The translations under genes and the position numbers were made by a program. Below, one piece after another: positions 23,344 to 31,790 of a stretch of DNA of 32,000 nt (position 1 is the stretch's first letter; each line of letters begins with the position of its first letter). The notes under the pieces are model-generated. The model did no database searches. It had not been told where the DNA came from and saw only the letters and a list, made by a program, of their open reading frames with translations. This stretch comes from Ignicoccus hospitalis KIN4/I (GTDB lineage: Archaea > Thermoproteota > Thermoprotei_A > Sulfolobales > Ignicoccaceae): positions 1,050,001 to 1,082,000 of the forward strand of contig NC_009776.1 of NCBI RefSeq assembly GCF_000017945.1. The letters are read 5' to 3'.

Positions 23344-24378
23344 TTAGGTCCCACCGGACTTCACCAGTAACGCGGCGAGGGCCAAGCCTCCTATAAGCGA
23401 GAGGAAGGCCCCCACCGGCAAGTACCCGTAGGGGGTCTCCACCGAGTTGGCGACGAAGTCTGTAGTTACCATTACTAAGTACGACGTCACGAATGCTACG
23501 ACTAAGGCTTTGCCCGAGCCTGGGGGAGAGAGCCTCCTCCCCACGACTCCGCCTATCAGCCCCAAGAAAGGGAGGACCCCGCAGCAAGAGACCACGGCGG
23601 AGGAGGAGGCAGCGGAGATCAACACCGCCTTTAAAGCGGCCTTCTCCTCTACTATAGCGAAGCTCCTCGGGAAGCCCTCCGGGTACTCCAGCGAGCTGAC
23701 CTCCTTGTAAACTAACTGAGCGGTCGCCCAAGCCAAGGCCACTACTACGGTCAGCGCCCTGAGGGCCTCTTCGGAGGCGTACTGGGTGGTGCCCAAGAGC
23801 ATGGGTAATAGAGGTAAGCCGCTCTCGGCGGCCGCTAGGTAGGAGAGCAAGGAAGCGACGCCTTGTAGGGAGAGCGTCAACGCGATGCCGAAGGTTAGGG
23901 ACTGACGGGGGCCCAACTTGAAGGCGGCCAGCGCGGTGAGGGCTCCCGGAACCAAGGCCCCGAAGAAGGCCGCGAGGTAGGACTGGGGGCCCACCAGAGC
24001 GCTCAAGCCTAGGAGCAGCACCGCCGCCGCCAGGGCGGCCATCGCCCCGGAGAGTGTACCTATTAGATATGGGTCCATCAAGTCGTTCGAATAGGCGGAC
24101 TGCAACAAGGTAGCCGCAGAGGAGAGGCCCGCCGCCGCCAGGGCGTCAGCCCAGACCCTCTCCGCCCTTATCCTTAGGATTGGAAGCTCCAAGGTGAAGC
24201 CCGCCGGGCCGTAAAGGAGGGAGGCGAGGGTGGCTAGCGCGGAGAGTAGCAGTAGACCCCTCGGGAGTCCGCGAGGTGGAGGTGGAGCGCGTTCAACAGT
24301 ATTAGCGGGGCCTCGCTTAGCCTCGGCCCCGGCCTCTCCACCACGTCCGCCGCCTCCGCGTATATCACGCACACCCAC
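23344..24378 (-). CDS. FecCD/BtuC-family (type II ABC importer) permease, divergent
   Basis: The protein is multi-TM and Ala/Leu/Gly-rich. It carries NDLMDPYLIGTLSGAMAAL (compare NPLA.P..LG.S.GA), a central LLGTT, and a C-terminal ETPYGYLPVGAFLSLIGGLALAALL (compare ELP.GV.TA.IG.P.F..LL). The true start is unclear. The frame overlaps the upstream gene by up to 145 nt. Confidence 0.7.
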   Translation of the reverse strand: MGVRDIRGGGGRGGEAGAEAKRGPANTVERAPPPPRGLPRGLLLLSALATLASLLYGPAGFTLELPILRIRAERVWADALAAAGLSSAATLLQSAYSNDLMDPYLIGTLSGAMAALAAAVLLLGLSALVGPQSYLAAFFGALVPGALTALAAFKLGPRQSLTFGIALTLSLQGVASLLSYLAAAESGLPLLPMLLGTTQYASEEALRALTVVVALAWATAQLVYKEVSSLEYPEGFPRSFAIVEEKAALKAVLISAASSSAVVSCCGVLPFLGLIGGVVGRRLSPPGSGKALVVAFVTSYLVMVTTDFVANSVETPYGYLPVGAFLSLIGGLALAALLVKSGGT

Positions 24379-25154
24379 TTGACCTCCGGGACCAGTTTGA
24401 GGGTGGAGTTAACAGCGTCCCCCAAGTCGGGGCGCCCGCTGGTGAGGACTATTACCACGTCCGGCCTCAACGTCGCCAACTTCTCCTCGCTCACCCTCGG
24501 CCACCCCTTGTTCTTGATCAAGTTGACAGCGTTCAGCGAGTCGGCCACGCTGCTGATAAAGTTGTTCTCGCCCACGGCGTATATCCCCCACTTGTAGGGG
24601 TAGAACAGCGCGACGTACTTCACGACGGGCATTAACTTAGCTACCCCTTGGGCCAGAGTCAAGTTGCCCTCTATCCACCCAGCCACCTTCCGGGCTTCCT
24701 CCTCTTCGCCCAGCGCCTTCCCCACAGCCACTAGGTCCTCTTCCACGCACTTAACGCTCTCGCACACCCCTCCCTTGACGAAGAACACCTTTAGCCCGGC
24801 GCTTATGAGGTGATCCCTCATCCTCAAGTCGCTTCCCGCGTCGGCGAGGACCAAGTCCGGGGAGAGCGAGGCTATTGCCTCTACGTTGGGGTTCCAGAAG
24901 TAGCCCACTACCTTGACCTTGCCCTCCTTCACCAGCTCCTCCAGCTCCGGGGGGTAGGTGACGGGCTCCACCGTCCCTACGAGCTTGGAACAGTTCAGCA
25001 AGCAGACGGCCTCGCTCAAGGCCGGGGTGAGGGCAACTACCCTCTTAGGCGGGTAAGGGTTGACGTCTACTCTGTACCCCATTCTGTCTACGAAGGTTAA
25101 AGACCACAGAGGAACTAAGAACAACAATATTAACGTAATAGCCTTCTTATTCAA
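24234..25154 (-). CDS. periplasmic-binding-protein type 2 (BtuF/FhuD/MolA-like) substrate-binding protein
   Basis: N-terminal signal anchor. RVVALTPALSEAV, PDLVLA, PDVVIV and a C-terminal ERPGPRL motif are typical of cluster A/Peripla_BP_2 binding proteins. TTG start. Confidence 0.8.
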   Translation of the reverse strand: MNKKAITLILLFLVPLWSLTFVDRMGYRVDVNPYPPKRVVALTPALSEAVCLLNCSKLVGTVEPVTYPPELEELVKEGKVKVVGYFWNPNVEAIASLSPDLVLADAGSDLRMRDHLISAGLKVFFVKGGVCESVKCVEEDLVAVGKALGEEEEARKVAGWIEGNLTLAQGVAKLMPVVKYVALFYPYKWGIYAVGENNFISSVADSLNAVNLIKNKGWPRVSEEKLATLRPDVVIVLTSGRPDLGDAVNSTLKLVPEVKWVCVIYAEAADVVERPGPRLSEAPLILLNALHLHLADSRGVYCYSPR

Positions 25155-25185
25155 GTTCTTCCCCGTGGGGCTTCGCCCCTCCCCT

Positions 25186-26076
25186 TTAAACGCTGCCGCT
25201 GGTGGCCTCGTCGATTATCACGTTCAACAACCTGTTGAGTATCCTTAAGCTCCTTATCTTGGAGGGGTCCTTCGAGGCGGCCACCAACACCGGCCCGCCC
25301 CGGGTGGTCTGGTCGTAGAGGGCGGCGTCGAAGGGAACTATGACTATTACCTTAGCCCCTATTTTGCTCTGCAACTCTTTTGCTCTGGTCATTATTTCCT
25401 TGCTGTCCTTCTGGTTCGTGAGTAATGCGGAGGGCACCCTATTTACAATAAGGGCCAATATCTTGTTAGGGAACAAGGTTTTGGCCAAGTGCTCGGTCTG
25501 GCGGAAGCTCTGGGGCATGTGGTCCACCACGACAATCAGCCACCTAGAGGTGACGTTCACTATCTCCTTGAAGGCTTGCAAACCCATCCAAGAGGGCACT
25601 TGAAAGTCGTTAAACACTATGTCCCCTATAACCGAGACCTTCTTAGCTAGGGCGTTGGCCCTTTCGGCCCTCCCGGGGAAGTTTGGGTTGCCCAAAGCTT
25701 CTATTATGCGGTCGCTCACCTCGCCGTACTTCTTGGTGGGGGGAGTTAGGAAGAGCTCCAACGGCTTGCCCCCTTCCTCCCTCCTCACTTTGACCTTCAA
25801 GCTCAAGTTGGCCTTCTCGTCGCACTCGCCGGCGACGTAGTTCCACGCCCCGCACTCGGTCTCCCAGCCCTTTCCCAGTATCTTCAAGCTCGCCCTAGCG
25901 TTGTAAGGGTCCCAATCGACCAGCGAGGGCGTCATTCCCCTTCTGGCCAACAGGAAGCTGAGCTCAACAGCTATGGTAGTCTTGCCCACGCCCCCCTTGA
26001 AGCCGACGACGCCAATGCTGTTGGGCGGAGGCTCGAGGACCTCACTCTTCTTCTTCCGTCCGAACAGCGGCATCAC
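25186..26076 (-). CDS. ParA/MinD-superfamily P-loop ATPase with an internal insertion
   Basis: It has the deviant Walker A GFKGGVGKTT, a switch-like LVDWD and a Walker B-like LIVVVD. At about 296 aa it is longer than typical ParA. The N-terminus is basic. ATG at 26073 is an alternative start. Confidence 0.8.
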   Translation of the reverse strand: MMPLFGRKKKSEVLEPPPNSIGVVGFKGGVGKTTIAVELSFLLARRGMTPSLVDWDPYNARASLKILGKGWETECGAWNYVAGECDEKANLSLKVKVRREEGGKPLELFLTPPTKKYGEVSDRIIEALGNPNFPGRAERANALAKKVSVIGDIVFNDFQVPSWMGLQAFKEIVNVTSRWLIVVVDHMPQSFRQTEHLAKTLFPNKILALIVNRVPSALLTNQKDSKEIMTRAKELQSKIGAKVIVIVPFDAALYDQTTRGGPVLVAASKDPSKIRSLRILNRLLNVIIDEATSGSV

Positions 26077-26151
26077 TGCCCTCCGAGCGGTGTCTCCATC
26101 GAATGGCTTTAACTTAATGCTTTCTGCACGGGGCTGTCAGGGGGTTAAGGG

Positions 26152-26490
26152 ATGTCGGACCCCGTGAAGAGAGCGGCCCAGCTCTTGAAGGAAGGCGCCA
26201 CGATGTTGCCGGAGACTTGTCCTATATGCGGCTCCCCCCTCTACAAGCTCAAAGACGGCACGATAGTTTGTCCCATCCACGGCGAAATACGTAGGATCAA
26301 GAGCGCGGTCGAACAGAAGGGTAAGAAGGAGTTAAACGTCAACGAAGTATTGAAGGAGGTCACAGAAGTAGCTTTAGAGAAGCTCAGCAAGCTCTCCTCG
26401 AAGGCGTATACGGGAGGGAAGGAGGAAGCTGAAGAAATGTTGCTATGGCTGAAGGTCCTTGAAAAGGCCGTAAAGCTCAAGGGCGAGTGA
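26152..26490 (+). CDS. UPF0148 / autoantigen-p27-like zinc-ribbon protein
   Basis: LLKEGATMLPETCPICGSPLYKLKDGTIVCPIHG matches the archaeal UPF0148 N-terminal zinc ribbon. A charged helical tail follows. Confidence 0.7.
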   Translation: MSDPVKRAAQLLKEGATMLPETCPICGSPLYKLKDGTIVCPIHGEIRRIKSAVEQKGKKELNVNEVLKEVTEVALEKLSKLSSKAYTGGKEEAEEMLLWLKVLEKAVKLKGE

Positions 26491-27028
26491 GGGCCTCGAT
26501 CGCTCGGGCCGTGCTAACCACCTCCGCCCCGTACACGGCCTTCATGTACTCCAACCACCTCTGTTGCTCCTCCGGGGGGACGGACATCGTCGCGTCCTCC
26601 ACCACGGTCACCTTGTACCCCCTGAAGAAGGCGTCCGCGGCGGTGTGCAACACGCACACGTTGGTCGCCACTCCGGTCAAGACCACCTCACTAACTCCGA
26701 GCTCTCTGAGCAACAAGTCCAAGTCAGTGGAGAAGAAGGCCGAGTACCTCCTCTTGGTCACCACGTAGTCCCCTTCCTCGGGGGCGAGCTCCTCCACCAC
26801 TTGGGCCCCCCAAGTGTTGGCCACCGCGTGGGGGCCCCAGAGCTCGAGCTCCTTGTCCACTCCGGGCAAGTGGGCGTCGTTGGTGTAAATCACCGGCAGC
26901 CCGGCCTCCTTGAAGGCCCTCTTAAGCTCCTTCACCTTGGGTATTATAGTCTCAGACTTGGGGACGTACAACTTGCCCTTAGGGTTTACGAAGTCGTTTA
27001 ACATGTCTATTATGAGCAAGGCCTTCAT
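26477..27028 (-). CDS. isochorismatase-family cysteine hydrolase (nicotinamidase-like)
   Basis: MKALLIIDMLNDF, KRRYSAFFSTDLDLLLRELGV and VLTGVATNVCV (catalytic Cys) are present. ATG at 27028 is preferred over the ORF-track start at 27088. Confidence 0.85.
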   Translation of the reverse strand: MKALLIIDMLNDFVNPKGKLYVPKSETIIPKVKELKRAFKEAGLPVIYTNDAHLPGVDKELELWGPHAVANTWGAQVVEELAPEEGDYVVTKRRYSAFFSTDLDLLLRELGVSEVVLTGVATNVCVLHTAADAFFRGYKVTVVEDATMSVPPEEQQRWLEYMKAVYGAEVVSTARAIEALTRP

Positions 27029-27104
27029 TTCGGCGCCCCGTGGTGCTTCAGTAAGCCTTAGCAAGTTATATGCAAGGGCTTTACCCAACGGGCGGTGCGG
27101 GCCT

Positions 27105-28010
27105 TTGTGGGTTTGCGCGAGAGCCCCCTCGAGCTCCGCTAACTTAGGCCCCGGCTACGACGTGCTCGCCTTGGCGCACGACGCTTACTTCGACGTGGTC
27201 TGCGTAAGGCCCTCGGAAGAAACTAGGGTAGTAAAGGTGACCGGCGAGTGGAAGGTGCCGCTAGAGAGGAACAGCGCCTTGGCGGCTGCCGAGGAAGCCC
27301 TCAAGAGGCTCGGGGGGAAGGGGGTTGAGATATGGGTACACAAGGGCGTCCCCCCGGGAAGGGGGCTAGGCTCCTCCGGCGCCAGCGCGGCCGCCGCCGT
27401 CAAGGCTGTAGAGCTCCTCTTGGGTAAGTCGTTGAGTCCCGAGGAAGCTGTTATGAGTGCGGCTGAGGGCGAGAGGCTGGTCTCCGGGGCCGCCCACGCG
27501 GACAACGTGGCGGCCTCCTACCTAGGGGGATTGGTAGCCGTAACCTACGACCCGTTCAAGGTGCTCAAGTTCGAGGTGGCCGAGGTAGAGCTCTACGTGG
27601 TGACCCCGTGGCACGAGGTCCCGGAGGGGAAGACCGGCGCCGCCAGGTCGGTCCTCCCGGAGGAGGTGAAGCTGAGGGACGCCGTCAAGATGGTCGGCGG
27701 CGCTGCGGCAGTGATCAAGGCTTTGACCTCCGGCGACGAGGACCTCTTAGCAAAGGCCATAGAAATGGACCCCGTGGTGACGCCGGCCCGCTCGAAGCTG
27801 ATACCGTGCTTCGAGGAAGTGGTGAAGGCGGCGAAGGGAGGAGGGGCGAAGGGCGTCACCATCTCCGGCGCGGGGCCCAGCTTGCTCCTCGTCGGAGGGG
27901 GAGCGGAAGAGGCCAAGGCCGCTTGGGAGAGGTGCGGGGTCAAGGCGACTTACAAGAAGGTCAAGCCCGCTCGCGGCTCCTCCGCCGTTCCTCCTCCCTC
28001 TCTTGGATGA
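27105..28010 (+). CDS. thrB: homoserine kinase (GHMP kinase)
   Basis: APSSSANLGPGYDVLA and the GHMP motif PPGRGLGSSGASAAAAV are present. TTG at 27105 is the likely start. The upstream part of the ORF-track entry is antisense to the hydrolase gene. Confidence 0.9.
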   Translation: MWVCARAPSSSANLGPGYDVLALAHDAYFDVVCVRPSEETRVVKVTGEWKVPLERNSALAAAEEALKRLGGKGVEIWVHKGVPPGRGLGSSGASAAAAVKAVELLLGKSLSPEEAVMSAAEGERLVSGAAHADNVAASYLGGLVAVTYDPFKVLKFEVAEVELYVVTPWHEVPEGKTGAARSVLPEEVKLRDAVKMVGGAAAVIKALTSGDEDLLAKAIEMDPVVTPARSKLIPCFEEVVKAAKGGGAKGVTISGAGPSLLLVGGGAEEAKAAWERCGVKATYKKVKPARGSSAVPPPSLG

Positions 28011-29073
28011 GCCTCTCCATCATCGCCAAGCTTCCCGAAACTCCTAAGACGGCCAGCGCCGCGTACATTATCGTTTGTAACACGTCCCCGTTCAAGAGCC
28101 TCTCCAGCGCTTGGGAGTAGCTCGCCCCTTGGGGCAAAGAGGAGAGGGCGCTCCCTATCTTCACGACCGTCATGGTCGCCGCCGCCAACACGGTTATTTC
28201 TGTAGCCTCCCTCCAAACGGTCAAGTCCTTGTTCCTCAGCTTGTCTAACATTTTAGAGAATATGAACATGGAGGCTCCGAGGGCGACGAAGGGTACGGCG
28301 TTCACGCTTACCTCTCCCAACGTCCTTACGTCTATCTTCTTATACTGGATCACCGTTAGGTACGTCACTAATATAGCTATCATGAAGGAAACTGTCGATA
28401 TCGTTAGGGTAGCGAGGGTCACCGGCTTGGTCCTCCACCACCTCGAGAGGGCCTCGTCCAGCCCGTAGCCCTTCACCACCATGAAAGTACCCAAGAGCAG
28501 CCCCAAGACCGGCAGGCTGTACGTAATGAGGCCGGTGAGCGTCAGGAAGCTCAAAGTGAGCAGCACCACCCCCGGTACCCCTAGGAAGTACCTCGCGAAG
28601 CGCCTCTCCTCGGTCACTTTTTTGATTATCTTGTTCAAGAGTACGTAAGTCTGCTCCAAGCTTCTAGACTGTTCTATCACGACTTTCTTAACGGAGATTA
28701 TGGGGGCGAGGTCTTGGATAACCGGTATTATGCGCTCGTCCTCGGGGCTGTCTATCACGAGCACTATCCCCTCCGCGGGATAGCGAGATAGGACGGCCGC
28801 CAGTTGGCTCCTCACCCTCATGTGGGCCTCCACGCCCCCGTGCTCCGAGCCCGCTATCGCGGCCGCCTCAGTCTCAACGTCCTTCGAGGCTAACATGTTA
28901 GCTATAGAAAGGGTAGCGAACATGGCGTTGAGGTCCGCGTCCTCGGGCCTCTTGAGCCCGAACTCCACGGCCGCCTTCAGCAGCTCCTCCTTACCTATAA
29001 TAGGAGTGTTTATCCCCACCTTCCCGAGGTCGTCGTCCACGTCAACCGTTACTACCAATATTTTCTTGACCAT
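27961..29073 (-). CDS. DUF373-family archaeal membrane protein
   Basis: The soluble N-terminal domain (ILVVTVDVDDDLGKVGINTPIIGKEE...EDADLNAM) is followed by about 6 TM helices. This matches my recollection of DUF373/COG2237. Confidence 0.65.
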   Translation of the reverse strand: MVKKILVVTVDVDDDLGKVGINTPIIGKEELLKAAVEFGLKRPEDADLNAMFATLSIANMLASKDVETEAAAIAGSEHGGVEAHMRVRSQLAAVLSRYPAEGIVLVIDSPEDERIIPVIQDLAPIISVKKVVIEQSRSLEQTYVLLNKIIKKVTEERRFARYFLGVPGVVLLTLSFLTLTGLITYSLPVLGLLLGTFMVVKGYGLDEALSRWWRTKPVTLATLTISTVSFMIAILVTYLTVIQYKKIDVRTLGEVSVNAVPFVALGASMFIFSKMLDKLRNKDLTVWREATEITVLAAATMTVVKIGSALSSLPQGASYSQALERLLNGDVLQTIMYAALAVLGVSGSLAMMERLIQEREEERRRSRERA

Positions 29074-29926
29074 CGCCCTCCACCATCATTAAGGCTTGCA
29101 GCTCCTCGAAGGTCAGCGGTTCGCCCCGCTCCATCTTCTCCTTCGCCCTCTTGGCGAGCTCGCTTAGCAAGGCCTCACCCTTGTTCTTCGCCGCCATTGC
29201 CTCTCCCTTCTTTATCTCTTCTACCAGTTTCCTCTTTTCCTCCCGGAGTTGGGAGAGCTTGAGGTCTATCTCCTCGACCTTCTTAGAGTATTCGTCTATC
29301 TTCGCTTTCAGTTCGTCTATCTTTCCGTTCAGCCTGTCCACCTCCTCTCTGACGTTACTTATCCTACCGTCCACCTCGCTGATCTTGTTGGAGATCTCGT
29401 TTATGTTCTCGTTGTAGCTCTTAATTAGGAGCCTGAGCCTGGCGAGCTCTGCCCTAAGCTCTATTAACTTCTTCTTCGCCTCTTCGACTTTGGTGAGCCT
29501 CTCCAAGGCCTCCTCCAACCTGGCTATCTCCCTAACTATCTCCTCTTCCTCCTCCCTCGTCAACACGTTGGTCTGGAGCCTCCACTCCAGCTGCTGTATT
29601 CTCCTCCTCAAGGAGTTGGGGGAAGGGCCCCTCTTGCCTTGCTCTACTATGGACTTGAGCTTCTTCAGCTCCTCCAGAACTTGGTTCAGCTTTTGTTTCG
29701 CCTCCCTGCGGGACTCCTTGAGCTGCCTCAGCTCCTCCACTAGCTTCGCCCTCTCCGCCCTGAGCTCCCTCAGCCTCTCCACCTCTGCCCTCTTCTTTTC
29801 TATGAGCGCCTTCCTCTGAGCCCTCAACTCCTTTATCTTTGTAATTAACTCGGCTCTCTCCTTCCTTAGCTCCTCTATTTCCGCGTTTATTTCGTCTAAC
29901 TTGACCTCGAGGGCGTTGGACCTCAT
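29042..29926 (-). CDS. archaeal coiled-coil protein (COG1340-like)
   Basis: 294-aa protein, almost entirely heptad-like E/K/R/L-rich helix (EINAEIEELRKERAELITKIKELRAQRK...). A central break occurs at GKRGPSPNSLRRRIQQLEW. Confidence 0.65.
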   Translation of the reverse strand: MRSNALEVKLDEINAEIEELRKERAELITKIKELRAQRKALIEKKRAEVERLRELRAERAKLVEELRQLKESRREAKQKLNQVLEELKKLKSIVEQGKRGPSPNSLRRRIQQLEWRLQTNVLTREEEEEIVREIARLEEALERLTKVEEAKKKLIELRAELARLRLLIKSYNENINEISNKISEVDGRISNVREEVDRLNGKIDELKAKIDEYSKKVEEIDLKLSQLREEKRKLVEEIKKGEAMAAKNKGEALLSELAKRAKEKMERGEPLTFEELQALMMVEGDGQENIGSNG

Positions 29927-29929
29927 GAT

Positions 29930-30709
29930 TCACAACCTCGCGGAAGGCTCCTCCGTTGCGTAGTCCTCTCCTCCCGCCAGAGCGCGCTGCACCGCGGCGT
30001 ATATATTGTCAAGCCCTTCTTCGGTTAGAGAAGACGCGAAGAGCACCTCGCCCAACCCGGCCTCCTCTAGAGCTTCTACCACCCTCGCGAGCGCGGGGGG
30101 AGCGTCTCCCAAGCTCATCGCCAAGGACCCCAAGTCCTCCAACCAAGAATCTATTACGTTTATAATTTCCTCGCTCAATAAATCGGACTTGCTTATGACG
30201 TGTATCAGCGGAACCTTCATTCTGGCCGTCACGCTCAGGCCCAGCAGCAGCGCGGAGGTGAAGGAGTAGGGATCCGCGGAACCCTCGCTTATGAAGAGCG
30301 AAGGGTCTATTAGGTAAACTAGGACTGCCTTGTCGTTAGCAGTTATCTTTTTGAATAGCTCCAGCGTACTCTTCCTATACGCGAAGAGCTCCAGCTGTCC
30401 GGGCGTGTCCACTATTACGTAATTGCTCTCGGTCTCCTCTATGCTCGCCCTGAGCTGGTCCGCATAAAGGAGCATCAAGTCCACGGACTTGACCAAGGCT
30501 CCGTTAGGCCCCAGCCCCTCCTTCAAGAGCTCTTTGTAATTGACGTACTCCCGCACGTCTACGTCCGGAGCGTAGGGGAGGACCTCCACGGCGGGGTCCA
30601 AGTTAACCCTGCAAGCGCTCATCTCGTGGTCCTCTATCCAGTCGCCCAACGTCTTGGTCATGCTAGTCTTTCCAGAGCCCGCGGTCCCTACCAAGTAAAC
30701 GAAGTACAT
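29930..30709 (-). CDS. GPN-loop GTPase (Npa3/XAB1/PAB0955 family)
   Basis: The P-loop is GTAGSGKTS. The diagnostic GPN loop is LGPNGA, the Walker B is VDTPGQLE, and a SKSD-type G4 is present. ATG at 30709. Confidence 0.85.
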   Translation of the reverse strand: MYFVYLVGTAGSGKTSMTKTLGDWIEDHEMSACRVNLDPAVEVLPYAPDVDVREYVNYKELLKEGLGPNGALVKSVDLMLLYADQLRASIEETESNYVIVDTPGQLELFAYRKSTLELFKKITANDKAVLVYLIDPSLFISEGSADPYSFTSALLLGLSVTARMKVPLIHVISKSDLLSEEIINVIDSWLEDLGSLAMSLGDAPPALARVVEALEEAGLGEVLFASSLTEEGLDNIYAAVQRALAGGEDYATEEPSARL

Positions 30710-30779
30710 GACGTCGCGTCCGCGCTCGCTCCTACACAAACCTTTAATCTATTGGTTGCCTACCCGTCCTTAGAGAGTC

Positions 30780-31763
30780 ATGACGTCGCTTACGGCTAAG
30801 GACATTATGAGGAAAGTTTTCCCGGTTGCCGACCCGGAGGAGCCGGTCTTAGAGGCCGCGAAGAAGATGGTAGAGCACGAGTACGGCGCGGTGTTGATAC
30901 TCTCAGACGACGGCACCTTGAGCGGGATAATGACCGAGAGGGACGTGCTTAGGGCGGTTGCAGAGGGGAAGGACATAGCGCAAATACCGGTCAAGGACTT
31001 GATGAAGAAAACCACCGTCGTGGTACACAAGGACGTTCCAGTAAGGCTCGTCTTGCAGCTGTTCGGCGCGTACAAAGTTAGGAGGATGCCGGTGACGGAC
31101 GACGACGGGAGGGTCATAGGAGTTATAAGCTCCACGGACGTGGTTTACGAGGCCATACCCAAGGTCCTCCACCCCCTCGCGGGCAGGATAGGGGACGCCA
31201 TGAAGCCCGCGGAGGAAGTGGAGGACAGCGTGCCCAGCGCCGCTAGGTACTTCGCCTCGAAGAAGGTGGACGGCGCGCTGGCCGGGGGCAAGCTCATATC
31301 CGAGAGGAGCGTCATAAGGGCCTTGCTGGACTCCACCAAGCCCAGCGAGAGGGCCGAGCGGGTCATCTACGTCCCGCCGGAGATGAACTTGAGGAACGCC
31401 TCTATACTCATGAAGCTGAACAAGATAAGGTTCGTGATGAACGACAACAACTACGCGTTTACGAGGGACATAGCAATAGCCGCGACGGAGAGGGCCGAGT
31501 TCACTATGAAGAGTTACATACTGATAAAGACTAAGCCGGGCTTCGAAAAGGAAATCGCAGAGAAGGCCTCCTCTTTGAAGAGCAACATAGTTAGCATAGA
31601 GTACGTCGCGGGCCCCTACGACTTGGTGTTGACGGCGCTAACCGGCCCCCAAGAGGAGGTGAAGGACTTGCTCATCCCCCTCTTAAGGGACAAGGAGCAA
31701 GTGGTTGACACTTTAACCCTTGTTGTCCTAGGGGAAAAGTACTTAGGAGGGAGCGGAGAATAA
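30780..31763 (+). CDS. CBS-domain protein with a C-terminal Lrp/AsnC-type (RAM-like) ligand-binding domain
   Basis: The N-terminal CBS pair is DIMRKVFPV...GIMTERDVLRAV...VKDLMKK...RRMPVTDDDGRVIGVISSTDVV. The C-terminal SYILIKTKPGFEKEI...VAGPYDLVL resembles a RAM domain. Confidence 0.75.
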   Translation: MTSLTAKDIMRKVFPVADPEEPVLEAAKKMVEHEYGAVLILSDDGTLSGIMTERDVLRAVAEGKDIAQIPVKDLMKKTTVVVHKDVPVRLVLQLFGAYKVRRMPVTDDDGRVIGVISSTDVVYEAIPKVLHPLAGRIGDAMKPAEEVEDSVPSAARYFASKKVDGALAGGKLISERSVIRALLDSTKPSERAERVIYVPPEMNLRNASILMKLNKIRFVMNDNNYAFTRDIAIAATERAEFTMKSYILIKTKPGFEKEIAEKASSLKSNIVSIEYVAGPYDLVLTALTGPQEEVKDLLIPLLRDKEQVVDTLTLVVLGEKYLGGSGE

Positions 31764-31790
31764 AGGACATTGAGGAAAGGGTGCTAAAGG

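Noticed and set aside
27961-28010. A 50-nt convergent overlap of the thrB and DUF373 3' ends.
   Set aside because: Both C-termini look plausible, and short convergent overlaps are common throughout this compact window (P0/SPOUT 12 nt, fprA/SDR 4 nt). I do not consider it informative on its own.
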